A DNA stretch of 64,000 bases from Thermodesulfobacteriota bacterium (lineage in GTDB: Bacteria; Desulfobacterota; Binatia; Bin18), in NCBI GenBank assembly GCA_964291405.2, contig OZ219926.1:4640001-4704000 (forward strand), written 5' to 3'. Each line of letters starts with the position of its first letter. Within the stretch, counting starts at the first letter, position 1. Below, in pieces: positions 20,803 through 30,399 of the stretch. The translations under genes were made by a program, and so were the position numbers. The notes under the pieces are model-generated. The model saw nothing but the letters and a program-made list of their open reading frames with translations, did not search any database and was not told the DNA's origin.

Positions 20803-21636
20803 CTACAGCGGAAAACCCAACATGCGGGCCAGATGCTTGAGTTCTTCAAAACGTCCGGGCTTGGGCATTTCTTCTTGGAGCAGTTTTTCTTCTTCCAATT
20901 TTTCGACAACCTCGGCATCACGCGCAAACGGCTTGCCATAGGCGCCGTCATAATAGAGCGTTTCAAAGGGCAGGCGGGGTCGCTGGCCGCCCCCATCCGG
21001 GGATTCTGCAGGATAGCCAACTAACTGACACCAGACCGGGACCCAGCCCTCAGGAGCCTTCAGGACGGCGTGGAGGTCTGGAGTTTTCTCGGCCGAAGCA
21101 GCCATATGCAGGCAGGTGCCGAGTCCCTCGTTGACGGCAGCCAGAACGGCGACCGCGCACGCTCCGACCGTCTCCTGCCGGGCAACCGCCTCTGCTGCCT
21201 CACGCGGGAGGCCGTGAATCAGCGAGTGGATGGCCGGCATGCCTTCGGGTGCGGTCTCGCCTTTGACAATGGCCGAATCAATCGTCTCATGCGTCCAGCC
21301 GTAGAAGGTCGGTAGCGCACCGAGGTCTACCAGGTCATGAACCCGGGTCCGAAAGGTGTCTGCGGTAGAACCCTCCACATCGGCGAACCAGTAGATCCAG
21401 ACTGGCGCGTTGACGTGCGCACCCTGATAGTTGTCACACGCCAGCAGGGTTTCCCGATCTTCTTTTGACAGGGCATCACGTTCAACAACAATGGCCCGCC
21501 ACGGCTGGAGGTTGCCCGGACAGGTGGTCAAACGGACTACTTCGAGAATCCGTTGTATCTTCTCCTTTTCGACCTGCTCCCAGGGCTTGAAAATCCGAAT
21601 ACTGCGCCGTGAACCAACAACTTCGAGAAAATCCAT
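20803..21636 (-). CDS. Nitroreductase family protein
   Basis: RRSIR, PGNLQPW, EGLGTC and LVGYP motifs. Confidence 0.85.
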   Translation of the reverse strand: MDFLEVVGSRRSIRIFKPWEQVEKEKIQRILEVVRLTTCPGNLQPWRAIVVERDALSKEDRETLLACDNYQGAHVNAPVWIYWFADVEGSTADTFRTRVHDLVDLGALPTFYGWTHETIDSAIVKGETAPEGMPAIHSLIHGLPREAAEAVARQETVGACAVAVLAAVNEGLGTCLHMAASAEKTPDLHAVLKAPEGWVPVWCQLVGYPAESPDGGGQRPRLPFETLYYDGAYGKPFARDAEVVEKLEEEKLLQEEMPKPGRFEELKHLARMLGFPL

Positions 21637-21664
21637 GCTGTCCTCCTTAATGCCGTGTGCCAGC

Positions 21665-22024
21665 TTATGACAGTGGGCTCGTTTGTAATAAGACGCCGTT
21701 ATGGATCAAAAAGCTGCGGATATAATTCCCCTTTTGTCGCTTTTCGCCTGCACCGCCTCCGATATGGGATTCAAACTCGGTGATCCGGTCCGCGTAAAGA
21801 CGTCGGCCCTTGGCGCGAATTTTTTTCCCACCCTCCACCTCGCGCAAGCACTCCGCAATAATCTGATCCGGCTCCTTGTCTACCAGGGCGCAGAAATCCT
21901 GTAAGACCGCTACGCGCTGTAATCCCTCGTCGCGGGACACGCCGGACTGGTCCTCCAGGCCTTTCAGCCACGTCTGAACCGTTTTCGTTTTCTCTATATC
22001 CATCGGCTCTATATCTATCGGCAT
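21665..22024 (-). CDS. Hypothetical small helical protein (paralog of 20191-20538)
   Basis: Conserved motifs shared with the 20191 ORF; lies downstream of a nitroreductase. Confidence 0.75.
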   Translation of the reverse strand: MPIDIEPMDIEKTKTVQTWLKGLEDQSGVSRDEGLQRVAVLQDFCALVDKEPDQIIAECLREVEGGKKIRAKGRRLYADRITEFESHIGGGAGEKRQKGNYIRSFLIHNGVLLQTSPLS

Positions 22025-22048
22025 AATGTGCGGTATCCTCTTGGCGAG

Positions 22049-22090
22049 CCCTCACCCGGCCTTCGGCCACCCTCTCCCAGGGGGAGAGGG
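22049..22090. repeat. REP-like palindromic repeat (CCCTCACCC...CCCTCTCCC-GGGAGAGGG family)
   Basis: Related copies at 20549-20791 (interrupted) and 25145-25202. Confidence 0.7.
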
Positions 22091-22102
22091 GATAAGGGCA
22101 TG

Positions 22103-22891
22103 CTATTCTTCCGGCAAGCCCAGCATACGGCTCACCGCACGGACTTCCTCTTTCCGCCACGAAAAGGGCGCTGGGTCCTGAAGCATCTTCTCGGCCCGCA
22201 GCCGGGCAGCCCCTTCCTCTGTGCCTCGGAACGGCTGTCCATATTTCCCCTCATGGAACAGCTCGCCCAGCGGAGGACGGGGGCGTTGGCCGCCGGCTTC
22301 CCAACTCTCCGCCGGGTAACCAACAAACTGGACCCATAACGAGGTCCAGGAATCGGGCACCCCAAGCACCTGGCGGGCGGGTTCTTCAGGATAGGTACAC
22401 AGCATGGTCCCCAGTCCTTCATCGACCGCGGCAAGGAGTGCCTGCGAGATGGCCAGACCCGCTTCACAGCCCGTCACCTTGGCGCAGAGGACATCGTCAG
22501 AACTGAAGGCTTGAACGACCTGGGGGTAGGCAACTTCGTTGATGAAAGTATGCGTCCAGCCATGACTGATATTGAGGATGCCCATATCGACCTGCTCCGC
22601 CGCTCGGGAGGGCATGTCGCGGGCAAAGGCTTTGAGGTCGCCCCACCAGTAGACATGGATGGGCGCCATTTCGATCATACCGGCATTCACCGGCAGCGTC
22701 AGCGACTCTAGGTCAGACTTTGACAGGGCATCCCGCTCGACCACGATGGCCCGCGCGAAGTCGGCATTCCCGGCTCGGCTCGCCAATCTCGCGGCCTCAA
22801 GAATGGTCTGCACTTTGTCCCGTTCCACCGGCCGCCACGGCAGGAAATACCGAATCGAGCGTCTGCGACCAACAACTTCTTTGAATTCCAC
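22103..22891 (-). CDS. Nitroreductase family protein (paralog of 20803-21636)
   Basis: GTG start after GGAGG; RRRSIR, EGLGT and FVGYPAES..GGQRPR shared with the paralog. Confidence 0.85.
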   Translation of the reverse strand: MEFKEVVGRRRSIRYFLPWRPVERDKVQTILEAARLASRAGNADFARAIVVERDALSKSDLESLTLPVNAGMIEMAPIHVYWWGDLKAFARDMPSRAAEQVDMGILNISHGWTHTFINEVAYPQVVQAFSSDDVLCAKVTGCEAGLAISQALLAAVDEGLGTMLCTYPEEPARQVLGVPDSWTSLWVQFVGYPAESWEAGGQRPRPPLGELFHEGKYGQPFRGTEEGAARLRAEKMLQDPAPFSWRKEEVRAVSRMLGLPEE

Positions 22892-23062
22892 CGATCTATC
22901 CTCCGAAAGATAGGCTGCGTTGTGCGCAGCGCGTGACAGGCGGAAGTGTACAGACTTTTCTGATCTGCTGGAAGGGTAGGCAGATGGCTCTTCTGGTCGA
23001 TCTCCCCCCACCGCTATGGTAGGATACCTGCCATCCAGACAAGGCTGCGAGGAGTAATATCC

Positions 23063-23842
23063 ATGAAGATAACCGTTCGTCCCGCTTACCTGACTATGTG
23101 CGTCCTCTCGTTTTTTATCGTCAGTTGTGCCGCACCCAAGACGCCGCCTCGGGTGGTGCGAGAGAAGCCCAAGCTGACGGCAACTTCCTGTGAAGAGGCG
23201 AACCGGCTGGTCTATAAAGCCGTCCAGGCGATGGGCTATACTATTGCTGAGTACTCACTCGCACGGCCGGGGCAGGTCGGGCGCATTTCTGCCGTAAAGG
23301 AGAATGCGACCTCTGGGATCGTTACTATTTCATGTACAGAGAGTAGTGCCAGTATTGATGCCCGGAACGCGGTCAATGTCCCGTCGCTGATTGGTGCGGC
23401 AGAGCGGCCGCACCATTTTGTGAACAGCTTTCCCATGTCGTATCAGATGGTCCAGCGGCGCGAGGCGTATCAAACCGCCAACCCCGAAACCGGCACCCTC
23501 CAACTGACCATTGTGCCGCTCAATAGTTTTGAATCCCAGAACGTTTTGGGCTCGGATATACAGGCGAGCGGGATCTTGCCCGTGCGGGTGACGGTCCTGA
23601 ACAACACGCCCCGGCCCTATGCGATTGAGGCCAGCAAGATTTTTCTGGTGCCCGAAGGTGGCGGGCGGGTTGCCCCGGTCTCCTCACCGAGCGGGGGCAG
23701 CGCGCTCCAGGATATGACCATCGAGCCCGGCCAAAGTGCGTCCGGCTTTCTCTACTATCCGGCCGGAAACTATTCTTCCGCCCGCACTTCCGTGATCGAC
23801 AAAGAGAACGACGAACGCGAGGGATTTTCGGTGCAGTTTTGA
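23063..23842 (+). CDS. Hypothetical lipoprotein
   Basis: Signal peptide with lipobox IVSC; Ig-like C-terminal domain (IEPGQSASGFLYY). Confidence 0.75.
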   Translation: MKITVRPAYLTMCVLSFFIVSCAAPKTPPRVVREKPKLTATSCEEANRLVYKAVQAMGYTIAEYSLARPGQVGRISAVKENATSGIVTISCTESSASIDARNAVNVPSLIGAAERPHHFVNSFPMSYQMVQRREAYQTANPETGTLQLTIVPLNSFESQNVLGSDIQASGILPVRVTVLNNTPRPYAIEASKIFLVPEGGGRVAPVSSPSGGSALQDMTIEPGQSASGFLYYPAGNYSSARTSVIDKENDEREGFSVQF

Positions 23843-23847
23843 CTCTC

Positions 23848-24445
23848 CTAATGCCCCACCTGTTCCCGCGCTTTGTCAACATAGCGTTGAATCAGCAGGC
23901 GCATGGTTTCCGCAGGCTGAATGCCGATAAGCGGGAACTCGCCGAGCAGAAAGGTAGGATACCCGACCACGCCCGGCTTCCTGCTCGGTTGCCCGGACCC
24001 GCTGGGTCAGCTCGCCGGACTGGAGCGACTGCTCCAATTCAGCCACGGGCAAACCCACCTGTTCTGCTACGCCAAGCAAAACAGACAGGTCGCCAATATC
24101 CTCCTCTGCCTCAAACGCGGCCACAAAAATCGCTTCGTGACAGGCGGCAAACAGGTTGTGGTCTTTGGCGAATTCAGCTGCCTCCAAGGCGTAGGTCGAG
24201 TCCAGCCATTTTGCCGGGATACGCAGCGGGACGCCGGTTTCGCGCGAGATGCGAACAATTTTGCCTTTGGCCTCGTCTCCGATCATCTCGCCGTTTTTCC
24301 AGCCCTGGTGACGGCGGGCAATGTTTACGCCCTTCCACAACAGCTCGATTGCGAGCTGACCGTCGAGCTGTTCCATCACACGCTTGGCGATATAGCTGAG
24401 GGAAGAGGCATAATCGTAGTAGACCGGGATTTTGACATTCGTCAT
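23848..24445 (-). pseudogene. DsbA-family / HCCA-isomerase-like protein with a frameshift near 23975
   Basis: [11 protein letters not shown]-terminus; the conserved C-terminus [11 protein letters not shown]...GIQP...H* continues in another frame after EQEA. Confidence 0.75.
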
Positions 24446-24537
24446 GGCTTCATTACCTGGTGGCCGAAACTCTACCCGGCGTTCCATTGCACGGGCAAGA
24501 GGGTTGGACTATATAGCGAAAGGCAAGGGAGGTGCGT

Positions 24538-25137
24538 ATGGGACAGATTGAAGTCCTCAGTCCAATTGGCGAAGCGCAAGCCGGTGATCTGCCGCTTGCT
24601 CGACGAGAGGGGAGCCTGCGCGGGAAGACCATCGGCTTTCTGAATAACCGGAAGGCCAACGCCGGCCTGCTGCTCGAACAGGTGGAAGCGCTGCTGCACG
24701 AACGCTGCGGCGATTTCGCCGTTATCAAAGGTGAAAAAAACGCCTCGCTCGGCGCACCCAAGGAGGTCATGGCCCGCCTGTCCACCTGTGATGTGGTTGT
24801 CGCGGCCATAGGCGATTGAGGCTCGTGCACGTCGTGGGGTCTCCACGACACCATTGAACTGGAAAAGCAAGGCATTCCGACCGCCGTCATTTGCAGCGAC
24901 GAGTTTGCTCCGCTCGGCCGGGCCGAGTCCCGCACCCTGGGTATGAGCGGTGTACCCATTGCCGTGATTCCCCATCCCCTGGCCGGCAATACACCGCAGG
25001 TGGTACAGGCCAAAGCCGTAGCTGTGGTGGATGAAATTCTGGCCATTCTGACCCAGCCGGCAGAGCAGTTGGCCGACACGTATCGCGGGCGGTTTCTCAA
25101 GCCGATGGAGAAAAAGATCGAGCGGGTGTCGGCCTAA
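24538..25137 (+). CDS. UGSC-family selenoprotein (199 aa, Sec at codon 94)
   Basis: In-frame TGA at 24817 reads AIGD-U-GSCTSW; the frame stays open with family-typical ELEKQGIPT...PHPL; SECIS-like hairpin follows. Confidence 0.9.
24831..24849 (+). promoter_or_regulatory. Bacterial SECIS element
   Basis: GTCGTGG-GGTCT-CCACGAC hairpin starting 11 nt after UGA; the loop resembles the E. coli fdhF AGGUCU loop. Confidence 0.8.
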
Positions 25138-25144
25138 TCAACCT

Positions 25145-25202
25145 CCTCATCCCCGACCCCCTTCGACTAGGCTCAGGACAGGCTCTCCCTCAGGGGAGAG
25201 GG
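25145..25202. repeat. REP-like repeat carrying an inserted second REP (CTTCGACTAGGCTCAGGACAGG)
   Basis: Outer arms match the 22049 family; extra internal segment. Confidence 0.55.
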
Positions 25203-25214
25203 AGCAAGAGCATA

Positions 25215-26300
25215 ATGGATTTCCAATCAGACCGAATCTCCCTGGACGACTCTCTCGAAACCGTCAACGATTGGTTTTACGACCAAGGCTGGACGGACGG
25301 TCTACCGATTATTCCACCTACACAAGAGCGGGTGGAAAAGATGCTGGCCTGGACGGACCGCGCTCCTCAAGACGTCCTGGGGCCGATACCGCCCAAATAC
25401 GGCCTTGCCACCCTGGAAAAATTAGCCGTAAATGCGGTCATGGCCGGCTGTGTGCCCGAATACTTTCCGGTCATTATTGCCGCGGTCGAGGCACTGCTTG
25501 AAGGCCCGTTCAATCTATATGGGGTTCAGAGCACCACCCACCCCTGCGCGCCGCTGCTGATTCTCAACGGCCCGATTGCGACGGAAATCGGCGTCAACTC
25601 GCGCTATAACGCGTTTGGCCAGGGCTGGCGGCCAAACGCCACGATCGGCCGAGCGATTCGCCTGGTCTTGCTGAATGTCGGCGGGGGAACGCCGGGTATG
25701 CTGGACCGCTCGACCCAGGGTCAGCCCTCAAAATACAGCTATTGTATTGCCGAGAACGAGGAAGAAAACCCATGGGGGCCACTGCACGTCGAACGGGGCT
25801 TTGCGGCCGAGACCAGCACGGTCACGGTGTGCGGAGCGGAGGGGCCGCATAATATCAACGACCATATCAGCAGTGCCGCGCCAGGGATTCTGACGACCAT
25901 CGCCAGCACCATGGCCGGTATGGGCTCGAATAACGCCTACGCGTTTGGTGAGCCGATTCTCGCGCTTGGACCGGAGCACGCCGAGATCCTGGCCCGAGAC
26001 GGCATCTCAAAAGACGACATCCGCACCTATGTGTTTGAGCACGCCCGGGTGCCGCGTGAACAATGGGAGGCGGGCGGTATGATCGGTATGGGGTTTACCC
26101 CCGATGACGCCTTTCCCGACGCGGACGCCATCCCGCTGATTCGCAAGCCGGAACGGCTCATGATTCTTGTCGTCGGCGGTCCGGGTCGCCACTCGTGCTG
26201 GATGCCCACGTTCGGGGCTATGACCCGCTCCGTGACCCGCCAGATTGCCCTCAAAGACGGCCGGCCGGCCACGTCCATTCAAGAGTTTCGTCATGCGTGA
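25215..26300 (+). CDS. UGSC-associated hypothetical protein (GWTDGLPIIPPT family)
   Basis: GWTDGLPIIPPT, AVNAVMAGC, LNGP, NATIGRA and AENEE; homologous to the C-terminal part of 58367-60070. Confidence 0.85.
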   Translation: MDFQSDRISLDDSLETVNDWFYDQGWTDGLPIIPPTQERVEKMLAWTDRAPQDVLGPIPPKYGLATLEKLAVNAVMAGCVPEYFPVIIAAVEALLEGPFNLYGVQSTTHPCAPLLILNGPIATEIGVNSRYNAFGQGWRPNATIGRAIRLVLLNVGGGTPGMLDRSTQGQPSKYSYCIAENEEENPWGPLHVERGFAAETSTVTVCGAEGPHNINDHISSAAPGILTTIASTMAGMGSNNAYAFGEPILALGPEHAEILARDGISKDDIRTYVFEHARVPREQWEAGGMIGMGFTPDDAFPDADAIPLIRKPERLMILVVGGPGRHSCWMPTFGAMTRSVTRQIALKDGRPATSIQEFRHA

Positions 26301-26332
26301 AAACACCAGGCCCGCGTTGCGCGGGCTGTGAG

Positions 26333-26396
26333 CCCGAGCGGCACTTGAGCGATGTAAATCAACACCCGAGCGGCGCTTGAGCGGTGCAAATCTACA
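26333..26396 (+). repeat. 32-bp direct tandem repeat, 2 copies, upstream of ychF
   Basis: CCCGAGCGGCACTTGAGCGATGTAAATCAACA / CCCGAGCGGCGCTTGAGCGGTGCAAATCTACA. Confidence 0.75.
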
Positions 26397-26419
26397 CCTA
26401 AGCTGCTAGACTCCGGCCT

Positions 26420-27466
26420 ATGAAAGTTGGCTTAGTTGGGTTTGCTCGTTCGGGAAAAACCACCATCTTTAACGCCCTGACCGGCATGAGCGCAGAGGTC
26501 GGCAGCTTTGAGACCAAACGCGACGCCGCGATTGCCGTGGTCAAAGTGCCCGACCCCCGGGTTGATGCCCTGGCCGAGATCGTTCAGCCGGACCGGAAAA
26601 AATACGCGGAAGTGACGTTTCTCGACTTTCCGCCCTCGGCCGAACGCAAGGCCGCACTTGATACGCGCTCGCTGGCCCAGATGCGCGAAGTCGAGGCGCT
26701 GACCCAAGTGGTGCGTGCCGTTGACGACCCGATGGCGACTGCGCCTGCTGACCCCCTCCGAGCTTTACGTGACTTTCAGTCAGAGTTGATCCTGGCCGAC
26801 ATGGGGGTGATTGAGAAACGGCTGGAACGTCTGCGCAAGGAAAAGGGCAAAGAACGTGAACGCGAGTTGCTGGAGAAATGCCAGGCCGTGCTCGAAGCGG
26901 AGCAGCCGCTACGGAACGAATCGTTTCTGCCCGAAGAGAAGATGCTGCTGTCGGGTTTTGCCTTTCTGAGTCAGAAACCCCTGCTGATTGTCTATAACCG
27001 GGCAGAAGAAGAGATGCAGGCTGAAATGCCACAGGAAGTCGTGTCCTATATTGAGGAACAGGGGCTCACCGCCGTGCCCATCTGTGGCAAGGTGGAGATG
27101 GAAATCGCCGAGTTGGAAGAAGACGAACGCGGCCTCTTTCTGGCCGACCTCGGTGTTGAGGAGTCGGCACGGGACCGCTTCATCCAGTATGCCTATCGCA
27201 TGCTCAACCTTATGAGCTTTTTCACCGCGGGGCCGATGGAAGCCCGTGCTTGGACCATAGAACGCGGCCTGCCGGCGCTCAAAGCCGCGGGAAAAATTCA
27301 TTCGGATATTGAACGCGGCTTTATTCGAGCCGAAGTCATCGCCTACGAGGCGTATATCGAGCACGGCGGAGAGGCGGGCTGTCGGGACGTGGGAAAAATG
27401 CGGCTCGAAGGCAAAGATTACGTCGTGCAGGACGGTGATGTGGTCCATTTCCGCTTCAAGGTGTGA
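26420..27466 (+). CDS. ychF: Redox-regulated ATPase YchF
   Basis: GFARSGKTT, VPDPR, AAGKIHSDIERGFIRAEV and EGKDYVVQDGD motifs. Confidence 0.92.
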   Translation: MKVGLVGFARSGKTTIFNALTGMSAEVGSFETKRDAAIAVVKVPDPRVDALAEIVQPDRKKYAEVTFLDFPPSAERKAALDTRSLAQMREVEALTQVVRAVDDPMATAPADPLRALRDFQSELILADMGVIEKRLERLRKEKGKERERELLEKCQAVLEAEQPLRNESFLPEEKMLLSGFAFLSQKPLLIVYNRAEEEMQAEMPQEVVSYIEEQGLTAVPICGKVEMEIAELEEDERGLFLADLGVEESARDRFIQYAYRMLNLMSFFTAGPMEARAWTIERGLPALKAAGKIHSDIERGFIRAEVIAYEAYIEHGGEAGCRDVGKMRLEGKDYVVQDGDVVHFRFKV

Positions 27467-27510
27467 GATGAAGGCTGTGTCGAAGCAGGGTAGGGTGGAA
27501 CACCGCCGTC

Positions 27511-27939
27511 TCAGCCGGTGGAGAAGATACGACCCCACCGGCCCTGCGCAAGGCTGGTGACAAAGGCGATATTACCCTCAAGAAAGTCGTAGTCGAGGAG
27601 CTGCGTCGGCTCCACCCAGGCGAGGGTCTCAAAAACGTTATTGGCCAGTGCGCCCCGGTAGGCGGGAACATGGAAAAAGGTCAGGGCCACACGCCGACCG
27701 TTCGCATAGCTATGGCTGGTCCGGTGGAGTTCTTCTCCCAGCGTGGCCTGAATTCCGAGTTCTTCCTCCAACTCGCGCAGCAGGCAGGTCGCCTCATCTT
27801 CACCAGCCTGAACTTTACCACCAGGAAATTCCCACTTCAGGGCATGCAGGGCGTCCCTGCGCCGCTGACAGATAAGCAACCGGCCGGAGCGGGTCACGAG
27901 ACCGGCCGAGACGCGAACAGGCCAAATGGCATTGGCCAT
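27511..27939 (-). CDS. Nudix hydrolase (MutT-like)
   Basis: WEFPGGKVQAGE...RELEEELG Nudix box. Confidence 0.9.
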   Translation of the reverse strand: MANAIWPVRVSAGLVTRSGRLLICQRRRDALHALKWEFPGGKVQAGEDEATCLLRELEEELGIQATLGEELHRTSHSYANGRRVALTFFHVPAYRGALANNVFETLAWVEPTQLLDYDFLEGNIAFVTSLAQGRWGRIFSTG

Positions 27940-27943
27940 TATC

Positions 27944-28777
27944 TTAGTTTAACTGGGCGACCGAGCGCTGGATAAGGGCACGGATGTTTGCCGCATCTTC
28001 GGCATCGGGTGCCAGTTGCAGATACTTCTTGAAGTCTTGGACCGCACCCTGCATACGGCCTAAACGTTGCTGAACGGCTCCGCGGTCGCGGACCTCTACG
28101 GCAACGTCCGGCGCCAGCAAAAGAATGCGATCAATAACGCTCAAGGCACGGGTAAAATCGCCCTTTTGCAGATAGACGCCCTTTAGGTTGCGGAGCATAC
28201 GGATGAGAATTTCTTTTTTCGTTGCCGGGGCGAGTAGCTGCGGAATTTGGGCCACAAAGGGATTATTGTCCCCGTACATGCTCTTCAGCTTGGCGGCGAG
28301 TTGCTCTTCGGTCACCGTCGTTCCGCCGGCAAACGGGTCGAGAATCTGCTCTTCATCCGGGCCGGTATATTTGACTAAAAAGTGGCCCGGAAATCCAACC
28401 CCGGCCAAGGAGAGGCCCAAGCGCCGCCCCACCTCCATATACAGAACGGACAGGGTGATCGGGATACCGGTCTTCCGCTCCAATACTTCATTCAGAAAGC
28501 TGTTGCGCGGATCATAGTATTCGCCGGCATTGCCCCTTAAACCTTCCTCAAAAAAGAGATGGGTGTTGAGGGCCTGAATCCGGTCTTGGGGGGTAGGAGA
28601 CCCAGGCAGCTTGGCGCGCACCGCGTCCGCGATTTGGTCGAGACGCTGCAAGTAGTGGGCAACATCGAGGTTGGGCTGTTCTTCCTGGGCAATCAGCAGG
28701 GCGGCTTCGGCAAGGTCCAGTTCTGCTTCAGGTCCCGAGACCAGAGCGGTGAAACGTGCACGTGCCGGTGTCGCCAT
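27944..28777 (-). CDS. SirB1 family transglutaminase-like / TPR protein
   Basis: YYDPRNSFLNEVLERKTGIPITLS, FPGHFL and RMLRNLK motifs; C-terminal TPR. Confidence 0.88.
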   Translation of the reverse strand: MATPARARFTALVSGPEAELDLAEAALLIAQEEQPNLDVAHYLQRLDQIADAVRAKLPGSPTPQDRIQALNTHLFFEEGLRGNAGEYYDPRNSFLNEVLERKTGIPITLSVLYMEVGRRLGLSLAGVGFPGHFLVKYTGPDEEQILDPFAGGTTVTEEQLAAKLKSMYGDNNPFVAQIPQLLAPATKKEILIRMLRNLKGVYLQKGDFTRALSVIDRILLLAPDVAVEVRDRGAVQQRLGRMQGAVQDFKKYLQLAPDAEDAANIRALIQRSVAQLN

Positions 28778-28868
28778 ACAAACCTCCCTTCCCTGCACCC
28801 TATACTGCCCGGAAAAGGGCAGGGGTGCAAGGAAGAGTCGGGACTGATGGGACGTGTAAGGCGACAAG

Positions 28869-29017
28869 GAACCCACCCCGGCCCTTCGGGCCACCCCTCC
28901 GAGGAGGGGAGCTTTTTTTATCCCCTCTTGGGAGGGAAAGAGGAAACGTATCCTCCAGTCAAACAAAAAAGCTGGATACGTTTCCTCCTTGTGCCGCGTG
29001 AGCGGCGGGGTGGGTTC
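28869..29017. repeat. REPIN-like composite palindrome with a 54-bp inserted hairpin (28937-28990)
   Basis: Same arms as 30400-30493 plus an AAAGAGGAAACGTATCC...GGATACGTTTCCTCCTT insert. Confidence 0.75.
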
Positions 29018-29042
29018 CCCCAGGCCCGGTAGCACACGTGTT

Positions 29043-29071
29043 TTGACAAGCGGAGCGGGGTCTTCTATGTC
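29043..29071 (+). promoter_or_regulatory. Putative sigma70 promoter
   Basis: TTGACA-N17-TATGTC. Confidence 0.5.
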
Positions 29072-29103
29072 TCGTAAAGCTGTGTGAGAAAGGAAGACCG
29101 CCT

Positions 29104-30384
29104 ATGGCACTCGCCCGCATTCCACGCTATTCGGCCCTGGGCCTCAGCCTGATTTCGTTTGAGACGCTCGCGTCACCCACAAACGCTGAGATTGTTCCGT
29201 TCACCGCAGAAGACCGGGGTGAATCAAAAGGCGTGCTATACACCCGCGGCGGCGAGAAAACGGTGGTGTGCCTGATGCACCCGCGGGCCGATATGAGCCG
29301 TCACTATGCCATCCCCTATCTGCTTGACAGTGGGTATGCCGCGTTTGGTCAGGAAGGCCGCTGGCCCAGCAACGATATTGCCTGTATCCACGAAATGCTG
29401 CTGCCGGATATCGCCGCCAGCCTGCGTTACCTCAGAGAAGAGCGGGGTTTTGAGCATATCGTGCTGATCGGCAATAGTGGGGGCGGTTCATTATATTCCT
29501 TTTATCTGGCCCAAGCCGTGACCGACCCGCCGGACCGACTGACAACGACCCCTGCCGGCGACCCGTACGATCTGAATCGATTTCAACTGCCCCACGCCGA
29601 CGGCATGGTCTTTCTGGCGGCCCATCTTGGGGAAGGGAAATTCCTGGAAGGCGCCATCGACCCTTCCGTGACGGACGAGGACGACCCGCTCTCCTGTGAC
29701 CCCAGTCTGGATATGTATCATCCGGCCAATGGCTTTTGTGAGCCGCCGCAGCCCAGCGCGTATGGCGCCGAGTTCATCGCCCGCTATCGGGCCGCGCAGA
29801 TACAGCGGGTAAAGCGCATCGACGCCATTGCCCGTCGCTATGTTGACGAGCAACATTATTTTCAAGAGCAGATTCGACAGCCGGACTTTGACGACCAGTC
29901 CCTGGAACGGAGAACTTTTCTCAGTCGGCGGGCCCTCGTCGGGCGCTATATGGAAATTCACCGCACCGAGGCGAATCCGGCCTATACGGACCCGTCGATT
30001 CGCCCGTCATCACGGGACTACGGCTCGCTCTGGTCGCCGCGGCCGGACCTGTTTAACTATCTTGAGGCCGGCTTTGCCAAATACCAGACGCCGCGCGCCT
30101 GGCTGAGCACCTGGTCGGGCCAGTCCTCGCGAGCGGCCGTCCTCGACAACGTGACCCTCATGACCCTGCCGACCCTGGTCGTGAATCATACCGGAGACCA
30201 CGCCATTTATCCGCAGGAGTCGGAAGCCGTCTATCGACACTCGCCGGCTGACGACAAACACCTCGCGCATGTGGACGCCGATCACTTTGGTTTCCCGCTT
30301 CCATCGCAGCCCGACCACGGCGGACGCGACGCGACGATGAAGGTGATTGTTGACTGGCTGCGTGAACGATTCCCCGGACGCTAA
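29104..30384 (+). CDS. Alpha/beta-hydrolase fold protein
   Basis: GNSGG nucleophile elbow; late Asp (TGD) and His (ADHF). Confidence 0.8.
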   Translation: MALARIPRYSALGLSLISFETLASPTNAEIVPFTAEDRGESKGVLYTRGGEKTVVCLMHPRADMSRHYAIPYLLDSGYAAFGQEGRWPSNDIACIHEMLLPDIAASLRYLREERGFEHIVLIGNSGGGSLYSFYLAQAVTDPPDRLTTTPAGDPYDLNRFQLPHADGMVFLAAHLGEGKFLEGAIDPSVTDEDDPLSCDPSLDMYHPANGFCEPPQPSAYGAEFIARYRAAQIQRVKRIDAIARRYVDEQHYFQEQIRQPDFDDQSLERRTFLSRRALVGRYMEIHRTEANPAYTDPSIRPSSRDYGSLWSPRPDLFNYLEAGFAKYQTPRAWLSTWSGQSSRAAVLDNVTLMTLPTLVVNHTGDHAIYPQESEAVYRHSPADDKHLAHVDADHFGFPLPSQPDHGGRDATMKVIVDWLRERFPGR

Positions 30385-30399
30385 GGTATGATGCGAAAA

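Noticed and set aside
26333-26396. 32-bp direct repeat as a mini-CRISPR
   Set aside because: Only two adjacent copies with no spacer.
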